Source of the DNA: an uncultured Arcobacteraceae bacterium
GTDB lineage: Bacteria; Campylobacterota; Campylobacteria; Campylobacterales; Arcobacteraceae
Direction: 5' to 3'
Assembly: GCA_964022095.1 (NCBI GenBank)
Contig: CAXHZO010000002.1
Span: forward strand, 192,001 to 256,000
Length of the DNA: 64,000 nucleotides
Of the stretch, positions 30,749-39,699 are shown one piece after another. Numbering within the stretch: position 1 is the first letter of the stretch; the number at the start of each line of letters is the position of its first letter. Below the pieces are notes generated by a model. It was not told the DNA's origin and did not search any database. It saw only the letters and a program-made list of their open reading frames with translations. A program made the translations under genes and the position numbers.

Positions 30749-31402
30749 TTATTTTCTTGGTAACATTTGATCTAAAATACTATCATAAACAAAATTTGAG
30801 TTTTCTTCTACTTTCATAAATGAAGTATTGATTTTTTGCTTTTGTTCACTTGTTAATGGAACTATTGCTAATAGTTTTCCTGGATAATTTAAATCTTCTC
30901 TTTGATAAAACATCTCTTTAAACTTTTGAATCCTTACTTTAATATTACCAAAACTAGGATCAGCTAAGTATACATAGTGTTCATTTTTTCTAATCTTTAC
31001 ATATAAGATTACAGGAGCTTTTAATTTAGAAAGAGATTCAAAATCAAGAGCTAGCCCTATTGATTTAAAGCCTTTTTGATTTGAATAATTAGCAAGGTCT
31101 AAAAAAGACAAACTAAAGTCTTCTTCCTCAAGCTCTTCTAATTTTTTTTTATTTATACCTTTAGCTTCTAAAATTGAATTTAAAATATCTTTTTCTCCAA
31201 TATCTAAATTATAATAGTACTTTAAAATTGTTGAAAGTGATGCACTTCCACAACTATAATCATATTTTTGTCTGGTAAGATTCTTGTTTTTTATTTCTAT
31301 CCAAGAGTTAATAGGTTTTTCTACAATAAAATCTTCTTGTACAATATGTACTTTTGCGAATAAAAAACTAGTTAATGAAAATATTATTAATAGTATTTTC
31401 AT
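30749..31402 (-). CDS. Standalone exported C39 family peptidase (FapD-like), apparent internal deletion
   Basis: Signal peptide, QKYDYSCG, H...LADPSFG; His-Asp spacing is abnormally short. Confidence 0.85.
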   Translation of the reverse strand: MKILLIIFSLTSFLFAKVHIVQEDFIVEKPINSWIEIKNKNLTRQKYDYSCGSASLSTILKYYYNLDIGEKDILNSILEAKGINKKKLEELEEEDFSLSFLDLANYSNQKGFKSIGLALDFESLSKLKAPVILYVKIRKNEHYVYLADPSFGNIKVRIQKFKEMFYQREDLNYPGKLLAIVPLTSEQKQKINTSFMKVEENSNFVYDSILDQMLPRK

Positions 31403-31403
31403 T

Positions 31404-32260
31404 TTAAAACTTATATGATAAAGATAGGTTTATATTATTAGAAGAATATTCATTAGTATCTTTTTTACTTGTACTAAAATTTAATAAATTTTTTGAATTT
31501 AATTCATAGTTTACTCCAAAGTGATAAGATACTCAAGATTGGTTATTTGATACAACTTTATTATTGATTTTATCTTTTGTTTTATATTCATAAGATATCC
31601 CCCAACTTAAAGAAGTATAAGGGTTAACTACAAATACTATACTAGGACTTAAGCTAAATATATTACCATTTTGTATACTTTGGTTTTCAAATTCTTTTTT
31701 TAAACTAAATCTATATTTTGCATTAAGTAAAAATACAATTGGATCTACTGTATAGTAACTAGTGGCAAATAAAGAGTAGGTTTTAATGAAAAAGTAACCC
31801 TTTCTAATAAATCTACACTTCCTCCAATTAAAAGAGATGGAGTATCATCTTCTTTTTTTACTTTATAAACTAAACCTAAGTTTAGATTATTAAATCCTTG
31901 ATTATTCTCATTATTAAATGATGTATCTGTTGTTCTTATAGTATTTGTGTAAAAATTAGTATTTGTAAATAGTTCTAAATCTTTATTTAGACCATATTTT
32001 AATTGAAATCTATAATTTACATAATCTTGATTTGTACTAGAATTTCCAAGATATGTTGGTATATTTACATGATCACCATGTTCTGTATGATAACTTATTG
32101 GAACAATTACATTTTCTTTTTTATTTATATTTGCATATGAAATTGAAATTCCTGCTTGTATTTTATTCTGTTCAACTAATATTTTATCTATTTTCAGTGG
32201 TTTTGCAAATAAAAATAGTGGCATTGATACTAAAATAAGTAATATTTCTTTTTTCATCAT
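31404..32260 (-). pseudogene. FapF-like / COG4313-type outer membrane beta-barrel 'transporter', disrupted
   Basis: Signal peptide and amphipathic strands. After about 31785 a second frame reads KTYSLFATSYYTVDPIVF..., hits an in-frame TGA at 31533-31535, and ends in the beta-signal LSLSYKF* at 31404. Confidence 0.8.
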
Positions 32261-32517
32261 TTTTCATCTTCTCCCCATAAGCCTGCTTCGTCTATCCATC
32301 GAGTAGTATAAGCATAAGAATAAGCCGTTAGAGGAAAAATAGCAGCAAACCCTATAAAACCTCTATCTACAAAAAAAAACATTATTAATGCAATAATACC
32401 TAAAATTATAAACGAATACTCACGTCGTAATGCATTCTTTCTTGATGTTTCTCCTAGCATACTTAATTTAATCCAAAAAGGTACACTTTTCCATTCTTTC
32501 GAATTTTTGTCTATCAT
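32257..32517 (-). CDS. Small two-TM membrane protein, candidate immunity protein
   Basis: 86 aa with two hydrophobic helices; lies between the precursor and the barrel, with an ATGA overlap on the barrel start. Confidence 0.7.
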   Translation of the reverse strand: MIDKNSKEWKSVPFWIKLSMLGETSRKNALRREYSFIILGIIALIMFFFVDRGFIGFAAIFPLTAYSYAYTTRWIDEAGLWGEDEK

Positions 32518-32553
32518 AAAATTTCCTAAAATTTATTTTTAAATATAATAATG

Positions 32554-32579
32554 AATGGTAAGCCTTATAGCTTACCATT
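32554..32579 (-). terminator. Stem-loop after the precursor peptide gene
   Basis: AATGGTAAGC-CTTATA-GCTTACCATT, perfect 10-bp stem. Confidence 0.7.
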
Positions 32580-32981
32580 TAAAAAGGACAACAATCTAAT
32601 TCATTATAACCACTTATATAAGCTGTCGCAGCCATACCCCAAGTGTTCTAATCGAATTTATGGGACTAATAAATCCTCCAACAGCCCCACCTATAAACGC
32701 AGTCTGTAAACCACTAGATGTCAGATTACCTTCAGCCCCCGCTAAATAACCAGCTCCACTTACATAAGCACCAACAATTGCACCAGCTACATTCACCCAA
32801 ACCTCACCTTTCGTATTTTGCATCTCTTCACTATTTAATGAAATAGTATTTACTGAACTATCAAATAAAAACTCTGTATCTGATTTACTTACACTTAGCA
32901 AATTCTTATCTACAGATTGATTAGCATTGGCAACACTTGTAAATAAGAAAGTTATGCTAAGAGCTAATAATATTTTTTCAC
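32579..32981 (-). pseudogene. Secreted Gly/Ala-rich microcin/bacteriocin-like precursor, frameshifted
   Basis: AAGGAG RBS then GTG at 32981, out of frame at an A6 run with the signal peptide KILLALSITFLFTSVANA. Leader LNSEEMQNTKG, then a glycine-zipper body; a second shift at G4 (32637-32640) is likely. Confidence 0.7.
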
Positions 32982-33240
32982 TTTTTCTCCTTAAAATTTA
33001 TCTTTTTAACCAGAAATGGCACCTTTCACTTTAAGTTAAAAAATATTAACTTATTTAAAAAAACTGATACTTTATTTATTATAATTATAATAATCATTAT
33101 TATAAATAAAATATTATTAATTTATTATGACTACTAGAATTTATATGTATTAATTTTAATTAGAATTGTATAGGAAAATGGGAATGTATAAATCTTAGGT
33201 AGTTTTAATACTCCTAAGATTTCTATTTAGTTAAGTTGTT

Positions 33241-34212
33241 TTATTTTTTTAAAAGCTCACAAGCTTCTTTAGCATGATATGTAATAATGATATCTGCACC
33301 AGCTCTTTTGAAACTTAAAAGTGTTTCCATCATTACTCTTTCATAATCAATTAATCCAGCAGCACCTGCATTTTTAAGCATTGCATACTCACCACTTACG
33401 TTATAAACACATAGTGGTAATTTTGTTTCATTTCTAATATCTCTAATAATATCCATATATGATAGTGCTGGTTTTACCATAAGTATATCAGCACCTTGTC
33501 TTTCATCTTCAAGTGACTCTTCAATAGCTTCTAATCTATTTGCTGGATTCATTTGGTATGATCTTCTGTCTCCAAAAGATGGTGTTGATTCTGCAACATC
33601 TCTAAATGGTCCATAATATGCACTTGCAAATTTTGTTGAATATGCCATAATAGGTAAGTTTTCATAACCATTCTCATCAAGGGCTGTTCTTAATGTTTCA
33701 ATAATCCCATCCATCATTCCAGAAGGTGCAATCATATCTGCACCTGCTTTTGCATGTACAATTGCTTGTTGCGCAGAAATCTCTAGTGTCTTATCATTAT
33801 CAACTGTTTCAGTTTTTGGATCTAAGATACCACAGTGGCCATGGTCAGTATATTCACAAAAACATAAATCAGTTACTATAAACATATCTGGAAATTTTGC
33901 TTTAATTGCTTTAATTGTTCTTGAAATAATGCTTTCATCACATAAACATTCACTACCAACAGAGTCTTTAACATCAGGAATAGCAAAAAGTATGATTGAT
34001 TTTAAATCAATACTTTGTAAATATTCACACTCTTTTAATATTTCATCAATACTCATTTGAAATACACCTGGCATAGATGAAACTTCAGTTTTTATACCAG
34101 TTCCTTCTTTTACAAACAATGGATAGATAAAATCATCAGTGCTTAATTTTGTTTCTTGAACTAAGTTTCTTAATGTTTTATTTATTCTCAATCTTCTATA
34201 TCGTTTAAACAT
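33241..34212 (-). CDS. hemB: Porphobilinogen synthase
   Basis: [30 protein letters not shown]. Confidence 0.97.
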   Translation of the reverse strand: MFKRYRRLRINKTLRNLVQETKLSTDDFIYPLFVKEGTGIKTEVSSMPGVFQMSIDEILKECEYLQSIDLKSIILFAIPDVKDSVGSECLCDESIISRTIKAIKAKFPDMFIVTDLCFCEYTDHGHCGILDPKTETVDNDKTLEISAQQAIVHAKAGADMIAPSGMMDGIIETLRTALDENGYENLPIMAYSTKFASAYYGPFRDVAESTPSFGDRRSYQMNPANRLEAIEESLEDERQGADILMVKPALSYMDIIRDIRNETKLPLCVYNVSGEYAMLKNAGAAGLIDYERVMMETLLSFKRAGADIIITYHAKEACELLKK

Positions 34213-34271
34213 AATATTTACCTCTTTTGGTTATAATCACGGAATTCTAACAATTTAAGGTTTAAATACAA

Positions 34272-34847
34272 ATGAATATTATCCAATCAAATATTGCCAA
34301 TTTGCCTACAAAATATGGAAAATTTAGAATAAAAGCTTATAAACAAGACAATCAAGAACATTTAGCAATCATGAGTGAAGATTTTGAAAATATCGAAGCA
34401 CCTTATGTAAGAATTCACTCAGAGTGCTTAACTGGAGACACTTTAGGAAGCTTAAAGTGTGATTGTCAAAACCAACTTGATTTAGCATTAAAATTTATTG
34501 CGCAAGAAGGTGGTTTAGTAATTTACCATAGACAAGAAGGTAGAAATATTGGTTTACTTAATAAAGTAAATGCTTATGCATTGCAAGACCAAGGTAGAAA
34601 TACAATTGAGGCGAACCTAGAATTAGGTTTTAAAGAAGATGAGAGAGATTACTCTGTTGTTGGTTTTATTTTTGAAGATTTAGGTGTGAAAAAATTAAAA
34701 CTAATTACAAATAATCCTACAAAAATAGAATATGTAGAGAGTTTAGGTGTAGAAATAGTTGAGAGAATTCCTGCTATTACTAAATCAAACAAGTATAATG
34801 AAGGTTATTTATCTACTAAAAAAGAAAAAATGGGACATATGCTTTAA
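34272..34847 (+). CDS. ribA: GTP cyclohydrolase II
   Basis: RIHSECLTGD, KCDC, QEGRNIGL, TNNP. Confidence 0.96.
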   Translation: MNIIQSNIANLPTKYGKFRIKAYKQDNQEHLAIMSEDFENIEAPYVRIHSECLTGDTLGSLKCDCQNQLDLALKFIAQEGGLVIYHRQEGRNIGLLNKVNAYALQDQGRNTIEANLELGFKEDERDYSVVGFIFEDLGVKKLKLITNNPTKIEYVESLGVEIVERIPAITKSNKYNEGYLSTKKEKMGHML

Positions 34848-35431
34848 TGAGTTTAAAATATTTACTTGAATCAAATGGCTTATCTTTTGATGAAAAGTTT
34901 TATGAAGACTGTCAAGTTTTTGTAGAACTTCTTCAACAATGGGGAAAGATACATAATTTAAGTGGTAGATTAAGTGATACTGATATTCATGAGAATATTT
35001 TAGATTCACTTTATCCTCTTAAATTCATTGATAAGTATGACTCTTTTGCAGATATTGGAACAGGTGCTGGGTATCCTGGGCTTGTTTTAGCAATAGCTTT
35101 AAAAGATGTAAAATCATATTTAATAGAACCAAGAATAAAAAGAGTCTCTTTTTTAAATTTTGTAAAAGCAAGTTTAAAATTAGAAAATCTTACTGTTATT
35201 TGTGATAGAGTTGAAAAAGTAAAAGATATTCAAGTGGATTTAATTACTTCAAGAGCGGTAACGAATACTTCACTATTACTTGATATAACATCAAATATTA
35301 AAAAAGAGACTAGCTCTTATCTTTTCTATAAGGGAAGTTTATTACAAAGTGAATTAGAAGTAGCTAGTGTAAATGATTATAAAATAGTAAATAGAAATGA
35401 TAGAAACTATTTATATATAAAAGGTAAATAA
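34847..35431 (+). CDS. rsmG: 16S rRNA m7G527 methyltransferase
   Basis: HNLSG, DIGTGAGYPG, SRAV. Confidence 0.94.
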   Translation: MSLKYLLESNGLSFDEKFYEDCQVFVELLQQWGKIHNLSGRLSDTDIHENILDSLYPLKFIDKYDSFADIGTGAGYPGLVLAIALKDVKSYLIEPRIKRVSFLNFVKASLKLENLTVICDRVEKVKDIQVDLITSRAVTNTSLLLDITSNIKKETSSYLFYKGSLLQSELEVASVNDYKIVNRNDRNYLYIKGK

Positions 35432-35664
35432 TGGTATTAAAAGTTTTAGCAATATTAGTTGTGCTAGTTTTAGTGTATATTCTTTTTTTCAAAAAAAATA
35501 GAGAACAAGAAATAGGTGTAAAAAGCAATAAGAAGAATAAAAAACACGAGATTGAAGATGAATTAGTAGAGTGTCCTACTTGTAAAACTTATGTTTCTAA
35601 TAAAGAATCAATTTTAAGTAATGGAAAATACTATTGCTCAAAAGAGTGTTTAGTAAATAAATAG
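35431..35664 (+). CDS. PP0621-family small membrane Zn-finger protein
   Basis: N-terminal TM helix plus CPTC...YYCSKEC. Confidence 0.75.
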   Translation: MVLKVLAILVVLVLVYILFFKKNREQEIGVKSNKKNKKHEIEDELVECPTCKTYVSNKESILSNGKYYCSKECLVNK

Positions 35665-35673
35665 GAAAATTTA

Positions 35674-36042
35674 ATGATACTTATAGGTGATGAATTAGTT
35701 CCTTTTGAAACTATTTCAAAAATAAAAGATATAGAAGATATTAAATCAACAAAATCTAATAGTACAGTTTTATTTAATTTTGATGAAGCAATTTTAAAGT
35801 ATTGTTTTGAAAATGAATTATCAAGTGCAGTTACTATTAATTGTATAAAAGAAGCAATATATGCAAATAGTTTAAATGCTAAATATATAATTTGTGATAC
35901 AAGTCTTGCACTTAAAGTTCAAAAAATTGCAGATAATTATATGTTTGATACTAGAATTTTAGCGATTATTGAGTCAAGCGATGAAATAGAAAAAATTGCA
36001 TTAAATGAAATTGATGGAGCAATTTATAAAAATCTAATATGA
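35674..36042 (+). CDS. Conserved hypothetical protein
   Basis: 122 aa, operonic; ADNYMFD and IDG motifs resemble epsilonproteobacterial hypothetical proteins. Confidence 0.7.
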   Translation: MILIGDELVPFETISKIKDIEDIKSTKSNSTVLFNFDEAILKYCFENELSSAVTINCIKEAIYANSLNAKYIICDTSLALKVQKIADNYMFDTRILAIIESSDEIEKIALNEIDGAIYKNLI

Positions 36043-36383
36043 AATATTTAGTTTTTTTAACTTTTTTTATTACTTCATTATTTTCATGTAGTGGAGATTG
36101 TATGTCGTGTCATCCTGTACTTAAACAAAGTATAGATAAGCCTCATCATATTATGTTAATTAGTTGTATAAAGTGCCATACGAAACTTCCTGAAGGAATG
36201 ACTAGTTGTGGAGGTGATTGCTTTGAGTGTCACTCTCAAAATAAACTTATAAACTTAAATACTATACCTGAACACACAAAACTAGAAACATGTAAACAGT
36301 GTCATATAAACAAAGAGGATTTATTTAATACTCCATCTTTGAATGACTCAACAAATCTAATGAATTTACTTAAAAATAAGTAA
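36039..36383 (+). CDS. Small exported tetraheme c-type cytochrome
   Basis: Signal peptide and four CxxCH motifs (CMSCH, CIKCH, CFECH, CKQCH). Confidence 0.8.
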   Translation: MKYLVFLTFFITSLFSCSGDCMSCHPVLKQSIDKPHHIMLISCIKCHTKLPEGMTSCGGDCFECHSQNKLINLNTIPEHTKLETCKQCHINKEDLFNTPSLNDSTNLMNLLKNK

Positions 36384-36430
36384 TTATTAGATAATATAAT
36401 TACCTTTAATAAGAAACAAATAGGAATATT

Positions 36431-36586
36431 GTGAAAGAAATATTAGATATTATCATTTTGATTATGTTCGTTATCATGGTTGCATTATTTATAATTAATT
36501 TTAACAAGCAACAGATAAAAAAATTTACAGACAAAATAGATAAAAATGAAAAAAAGAATTCAAGCAAGGATACAATAGATGAATAA
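36431..36586 (+). CDS. Small single-TM protein (51 aa), not in ORF track
   Basis: GTG after AGGA RBS: MKEILDIIILIMFVIMVALFIINFNKQQIKKF...; overlaps the glyS start by 8 nt. Confidence 0.65.
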   Translation: MKEILDIIILIMFVIMVALFIINFNKQQIKKFTDKIDKNEKKNSSKDTIDE

Positions 36587-38594
36587 ACCATTATTAATTG
36601 AAATTGGTGTAGAAGAATTACCAGCAATTCCATTTTTAAAAGAGTTACCAAACATTGAGAAAAAATGGACAGATATTTTAGAAAAAAATAGATTACTATG
36701 TGATTTTGAATTTTTCTATACACCAAGAAGATTAGTATTATGGCACAGAGAATTTCAAGTTAAACAAGAAGATTCAGTTGTTGAACAATTTGGAGCTCCT
36801 GTTAAAATTGCATTTAAAGATGGACAACCAACTGGTGCTGCCATTGGTTTTGCAAAAAAATGTGGTGTAAGTGTTGATGAACTTGAAAAAATTGACCAAG
36901 GTAGAGGGGAAGTTCTATATTTCAAACAAGAAGTAGTAGGAACTAAAGCTAGTGATTTATTAAATGAAATGGTAAATGAATTTATTAATTCACTAAACTT
37001 TGGGAAATCAATGAGATGGGCAAGTAGAACTGATAGTTTTATTAGACCTATTAGAAGTTTATCTATTATTCATGGTGAAGAAATAGTTGAGGGTGAATTA
37101 TATGGTGTAAAATCATCTAATTTCTCATTTGCTCACAGAATGGTTTCTTATGAACCATTTACTTACTCTTTTGCAGGGGATTACTTCTGTAAACTTGATA
37201 AAAATGGAGTAATTTTATATCCAGATGAAAGAAGAAAAATCATATTAGATCAAATGAAAACAATAGAGCAAAGAGAAAATGTATCTATTGAAATTGATCA
37301 AGAATTACTTGAAGAAGTTGTAGCAATAACTGAGTACCCAACTGCATTAATTGGAAGATTTGATGAAGAGTTCTTAGAATTACCAGAAGAGGTTATTGTA
37401 ACTTCAATGAAAGAACACCAAAGATATTTTGCTGTTTATAAAGATGGTAAATTAACAAATAATTTTATTGTTGTATCAAACTCTAAAACTGATGATTTTG
37501 GTTATATTATCTCAGGAAATGAAAAAGTACTAAGACCTAGACTTGCTGATGGTATGTTCTTTTATAAAAATGATATCAATAATGGTTTATCAAATGAAGG
37601 ACTTAAAAAATTAACATTTGTTGAAGGTTTAGGTTCAATGTATGAAAAATGTGAGAGAGAAACTAAAATAGCTGAATATCTTGCAACTGAATTTAGTGTT
37701 GAACAAAAAGAGTTATTACAAAAAGCTGTAATGTTAAGTAAAGCTGATCTTATGTCTGAAATGGTCTTTGAGTTTACAGAACTTCAAGGGCTTATGGGAT
37801 ACTACTATGCAAAACTTGCAGGAGAAGATGAATTAGTATATACAGCATTAAAAGAGCAATACCTACCAGATGGTGAAGATTCTGAACTTCCATCAACTTC
37901 ATTCTCATCAATTGTTGCATTATCTTATAAGTTAGATAACTTAATGGGTTTATTTAGTGTTGGTAAGATTCCAACTGGTTCTAAAGATCCATTTGGATTA
38001 AGAAGAGCTGCAGCTGGTATTGTAAAAATTGCAATGGAGCATAAACTTCCAATTGATTTTAATGATATTATTGATGCTTTAATCTCTAATTATCCAGGCT
38101 TAGATAAAAAAGCTTTAATTGAGTTCTTTAATGAAAGATTATTTAAAATTTTTGATGTTAATCCAACAGTTCTAAAAGCAGTACTTGGTAGTGGTGAAAC
38201 AAATATTTATGAAATTTCACAAAAACTTTGCGCACTTAACCCTATTGTTTTAAGTGATAATTTCAAAGAATATACTGCTACATTTAAAAGAGTTGCAAAT
38301 ATCATTAAAGATGTGGACACTAATTCTAAATTAGTTATTGATGAAGCATTATTTGAAGATATTGAAGAAAAAGCTTTATTTGCTAAATATAGTGAAATTA
38401 CTTCTAAATCATATAGTGATTATGAAGTAGAATTAGATGCATTATTTAGTATGAAAGAACAGTTAGATAACTTCTTTGATAATGTATTTGTAAATCATGA
38501 AAATGAAGCAATTAAAACAAATAGAAAAAATTTAATTGGATTAGTATATCAAGCATTTAAGAAAATTGCTGATATCAAAGAAATTACAATATAA
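36579..38594 (+). CDS. glyS: Glycine--tRNA ligase beta subunit
   Basis: LLIEIGVEELP, TPRRL, KSMRW, GSKDPFGLRR. Confidence 0.97.
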   Translation: MNKPLLIEIGVEELPAIPFLKELPNIEKKWTDILEKNRLLCDFEFFYTPRRLVLWHREFQVKQEDSVVEQFGAPVKIAFKDGQPTGAAIGFAKKCGVSVDELEKIDQGRGEVLYFKQEVVGTKASDLLNEMVNEFINSLNFGKSMRWASRTDSFIRPIRSLSIIHGEEIVEGELYGVKSSNFSFAHRMVSYEPFTYSFAGDYFCKLDKNGVILYPDERRKIILDQMKTIEQRENVSIEIDQELLEEVVAITEYPTALIGRFDEEFLELPEEVIVTSMKEHQRYFAVYKDGKLTNNFIVVSNSKTDDFGYIISGNEKVLRPRLADGMFFYKNDINNGLSNEGLKKLTFVEGLGSMYEKCERETKIAEYLATEFSVEQKELLQKAVMLSKADLMSEMVFEFTELQGLMGYYYAKLAGEDELVYTALKEQYLPDGEDSELPSTSFSSIVALSYKLDNLMGLFSVGKIPTGSKDPFGLRRAAAGIVKIAMEHKLPIDFNDIIDALISNYPGLDKKALIEFFNERLFKIFDVNPTVLKAVLGSGETNIYEISQKLCALNPIVLSDNFKEYTATFKRVANIIKDVDTNSKLVIDEALFEDIEEKALFAKYSEITSKSYSDYEVELDALFSMKEQLDNFFDNVFVNHENEAIKTNRKNLIGLVYQAFKKIADIKEITI

Positions 38595-38603
38595 GGAAGA
38601 AGT

Positions 38604-38954
38604 ATGAAAAAAACACTATTAATAGGTTCATCAATTTTATTAGCATTTCTAGTTAGTGGTTGTGAAGAAAAACAGAATAAGATCAATAGATATATTCAAA
38701 ATTGGACAGGGGTTAATGGTGTTTTAGAAGTATATGCAGGTGATAAGCTTGTAAAGAGATTCATTAAAATAGATAAGCTTTCTACTGCTGTTGCAACAGA
38801 AGGAAGTAGAAATAGACCATATAGATATGGTTATGGAGTTTTAGATGAGAATCTAAACTTCAAAAAAGATGTAGGGGAAAATAAAGTATATTTTGAGTTT
38901 TCTGATTACTCAACTAGTTATATCTTTTTTGAAAACCCTAATCCAAAAAATTAA
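38604..38954 (+). CDS. Hypothetical lipoprotein
   Basis: Lipobox VSGC. Confidence 0.7.
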   Translation: MKKTLLIGSSILLAFLVSGCEEKQNKINRYIQNWTGVNGVLEVYAGDKLVKRFIKIDKLSTAVATEGSRNRPYRYGYGVLDENLNFKKDVGENKVYFEFSDYSTSYIFFENPNPKN

Positions 38955-38966
38955 TAAGGATCAAAT

Positions 38967-39167
38967 ATGTTTAAGAGTTTAGTTCTTATTGCTATTGTTG
39001 CATTTTCTTTTAGTGGATGTGCTACATGGGAAGGTATGAAAAAAGACGCTTCTTCAATATGGGAAGTTGTTAGTAATAAAAGTTCAGATGCATGGGAAGT
39101 AACAAAAGAGAGTAGTTCTGAAGCATATGATGTAACTAAAGAAAAAGTACAAGAAATAGTAGAATAA
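38967..39167 (+). CDS. Small entericidin-like lipoprotein
   Basis: FSGCATWEGMKKD, amphipathic helix. Confidence 0.65.
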   Translation: MFKSLVLIAIVAFSFSGCATWEGMKKDASSIWEVVSNKSSDAWEVTKESSSEAYDVTKEKVQEIVE

Positions 39168-39169
39168 AA

Positions 39170-39223
39170 TTATATAGCTGTAATTTCAAAGTTCGCAGAT
39201 ATAAAAATATTACAGCTATATAA
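39170..39223. repeat. 15-bp inverted repeat with 24-nt spacer (probable bidirectional terminator)
   Basis: TTATATAGCTGTAAT ... ATTACAGCTATATAA between the lipoprotein gene and the convergent tRNA operon. Confidence 0.7.
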
Positions 39224-39281
39224 ATATAATAAATTTTGTAAAAAAATTGGTATTTATTAAATAAAGATTTAGAAATTTTAG

Positions 39282-39358
39282 TGGAGCTGATGAAGGGAGT
39301 CGAACCCCCGACCTGCTGATTACAAATCAGCTGCTCTAGCCAACTGAGCTACATCAGC
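39282..39358 (-). tRNA. tRNA-Thr (TGT)
   Basis: GCTGATG acceptor stem, loop TTTGTAA, TTCGA, CCA end. Confidence 0.95.
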
Positions 39359-39380
39359 ATCCAAAATTGAAAAAGTGTTA

Positions 39381-39457
39381 TGGTGTCAAGAGAGAGACTT
39401 GAACTCTCGACCTCCGGCTTATGAGACCAGCGCTCTAGCCAGCTGAGCTACCTTGAC
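39381..39457 (-). tRNA. tRNA with CAT anticodon (elongator Met; Ile2 not excluded)
   Basis: GTCAAGG...CTCATAA...TTCAAG...ACCA. Confidence 0.9.
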
Positions 39458-39469
39458 ATCCTGACTAAT

Positions 39470-39546
<77 letters not shown>

Positions 39547-39699
39547 GTTTGATTCTTAAGGACTTGAATGAACCCAAGCTTTAAGAGGGTGGAATTATAG
39601 TTAAAATTCTAAATTATGTCAAGGGTTTTTTATATTAAATTTTAAATATTTCGATATAATTTCAAATATATTAAAACTAATTATACAAAAGAAGATTTT

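Noticed and set aside
31533-31535. In-frame TGA in the barrel gene as selenocysteine or readthrough
   Set aside because: The gene is also frameshifted upstream, the context is not a redox motif, and no convincing SECIS-like hairpin was seen. A nonsense mutation is simpler.
33017-33032. Sigma-54 promoter at TGGCAC
   Set aside because: There is no TTGC -12 element at the right spacing, and the orientation is opposite to the cassette.
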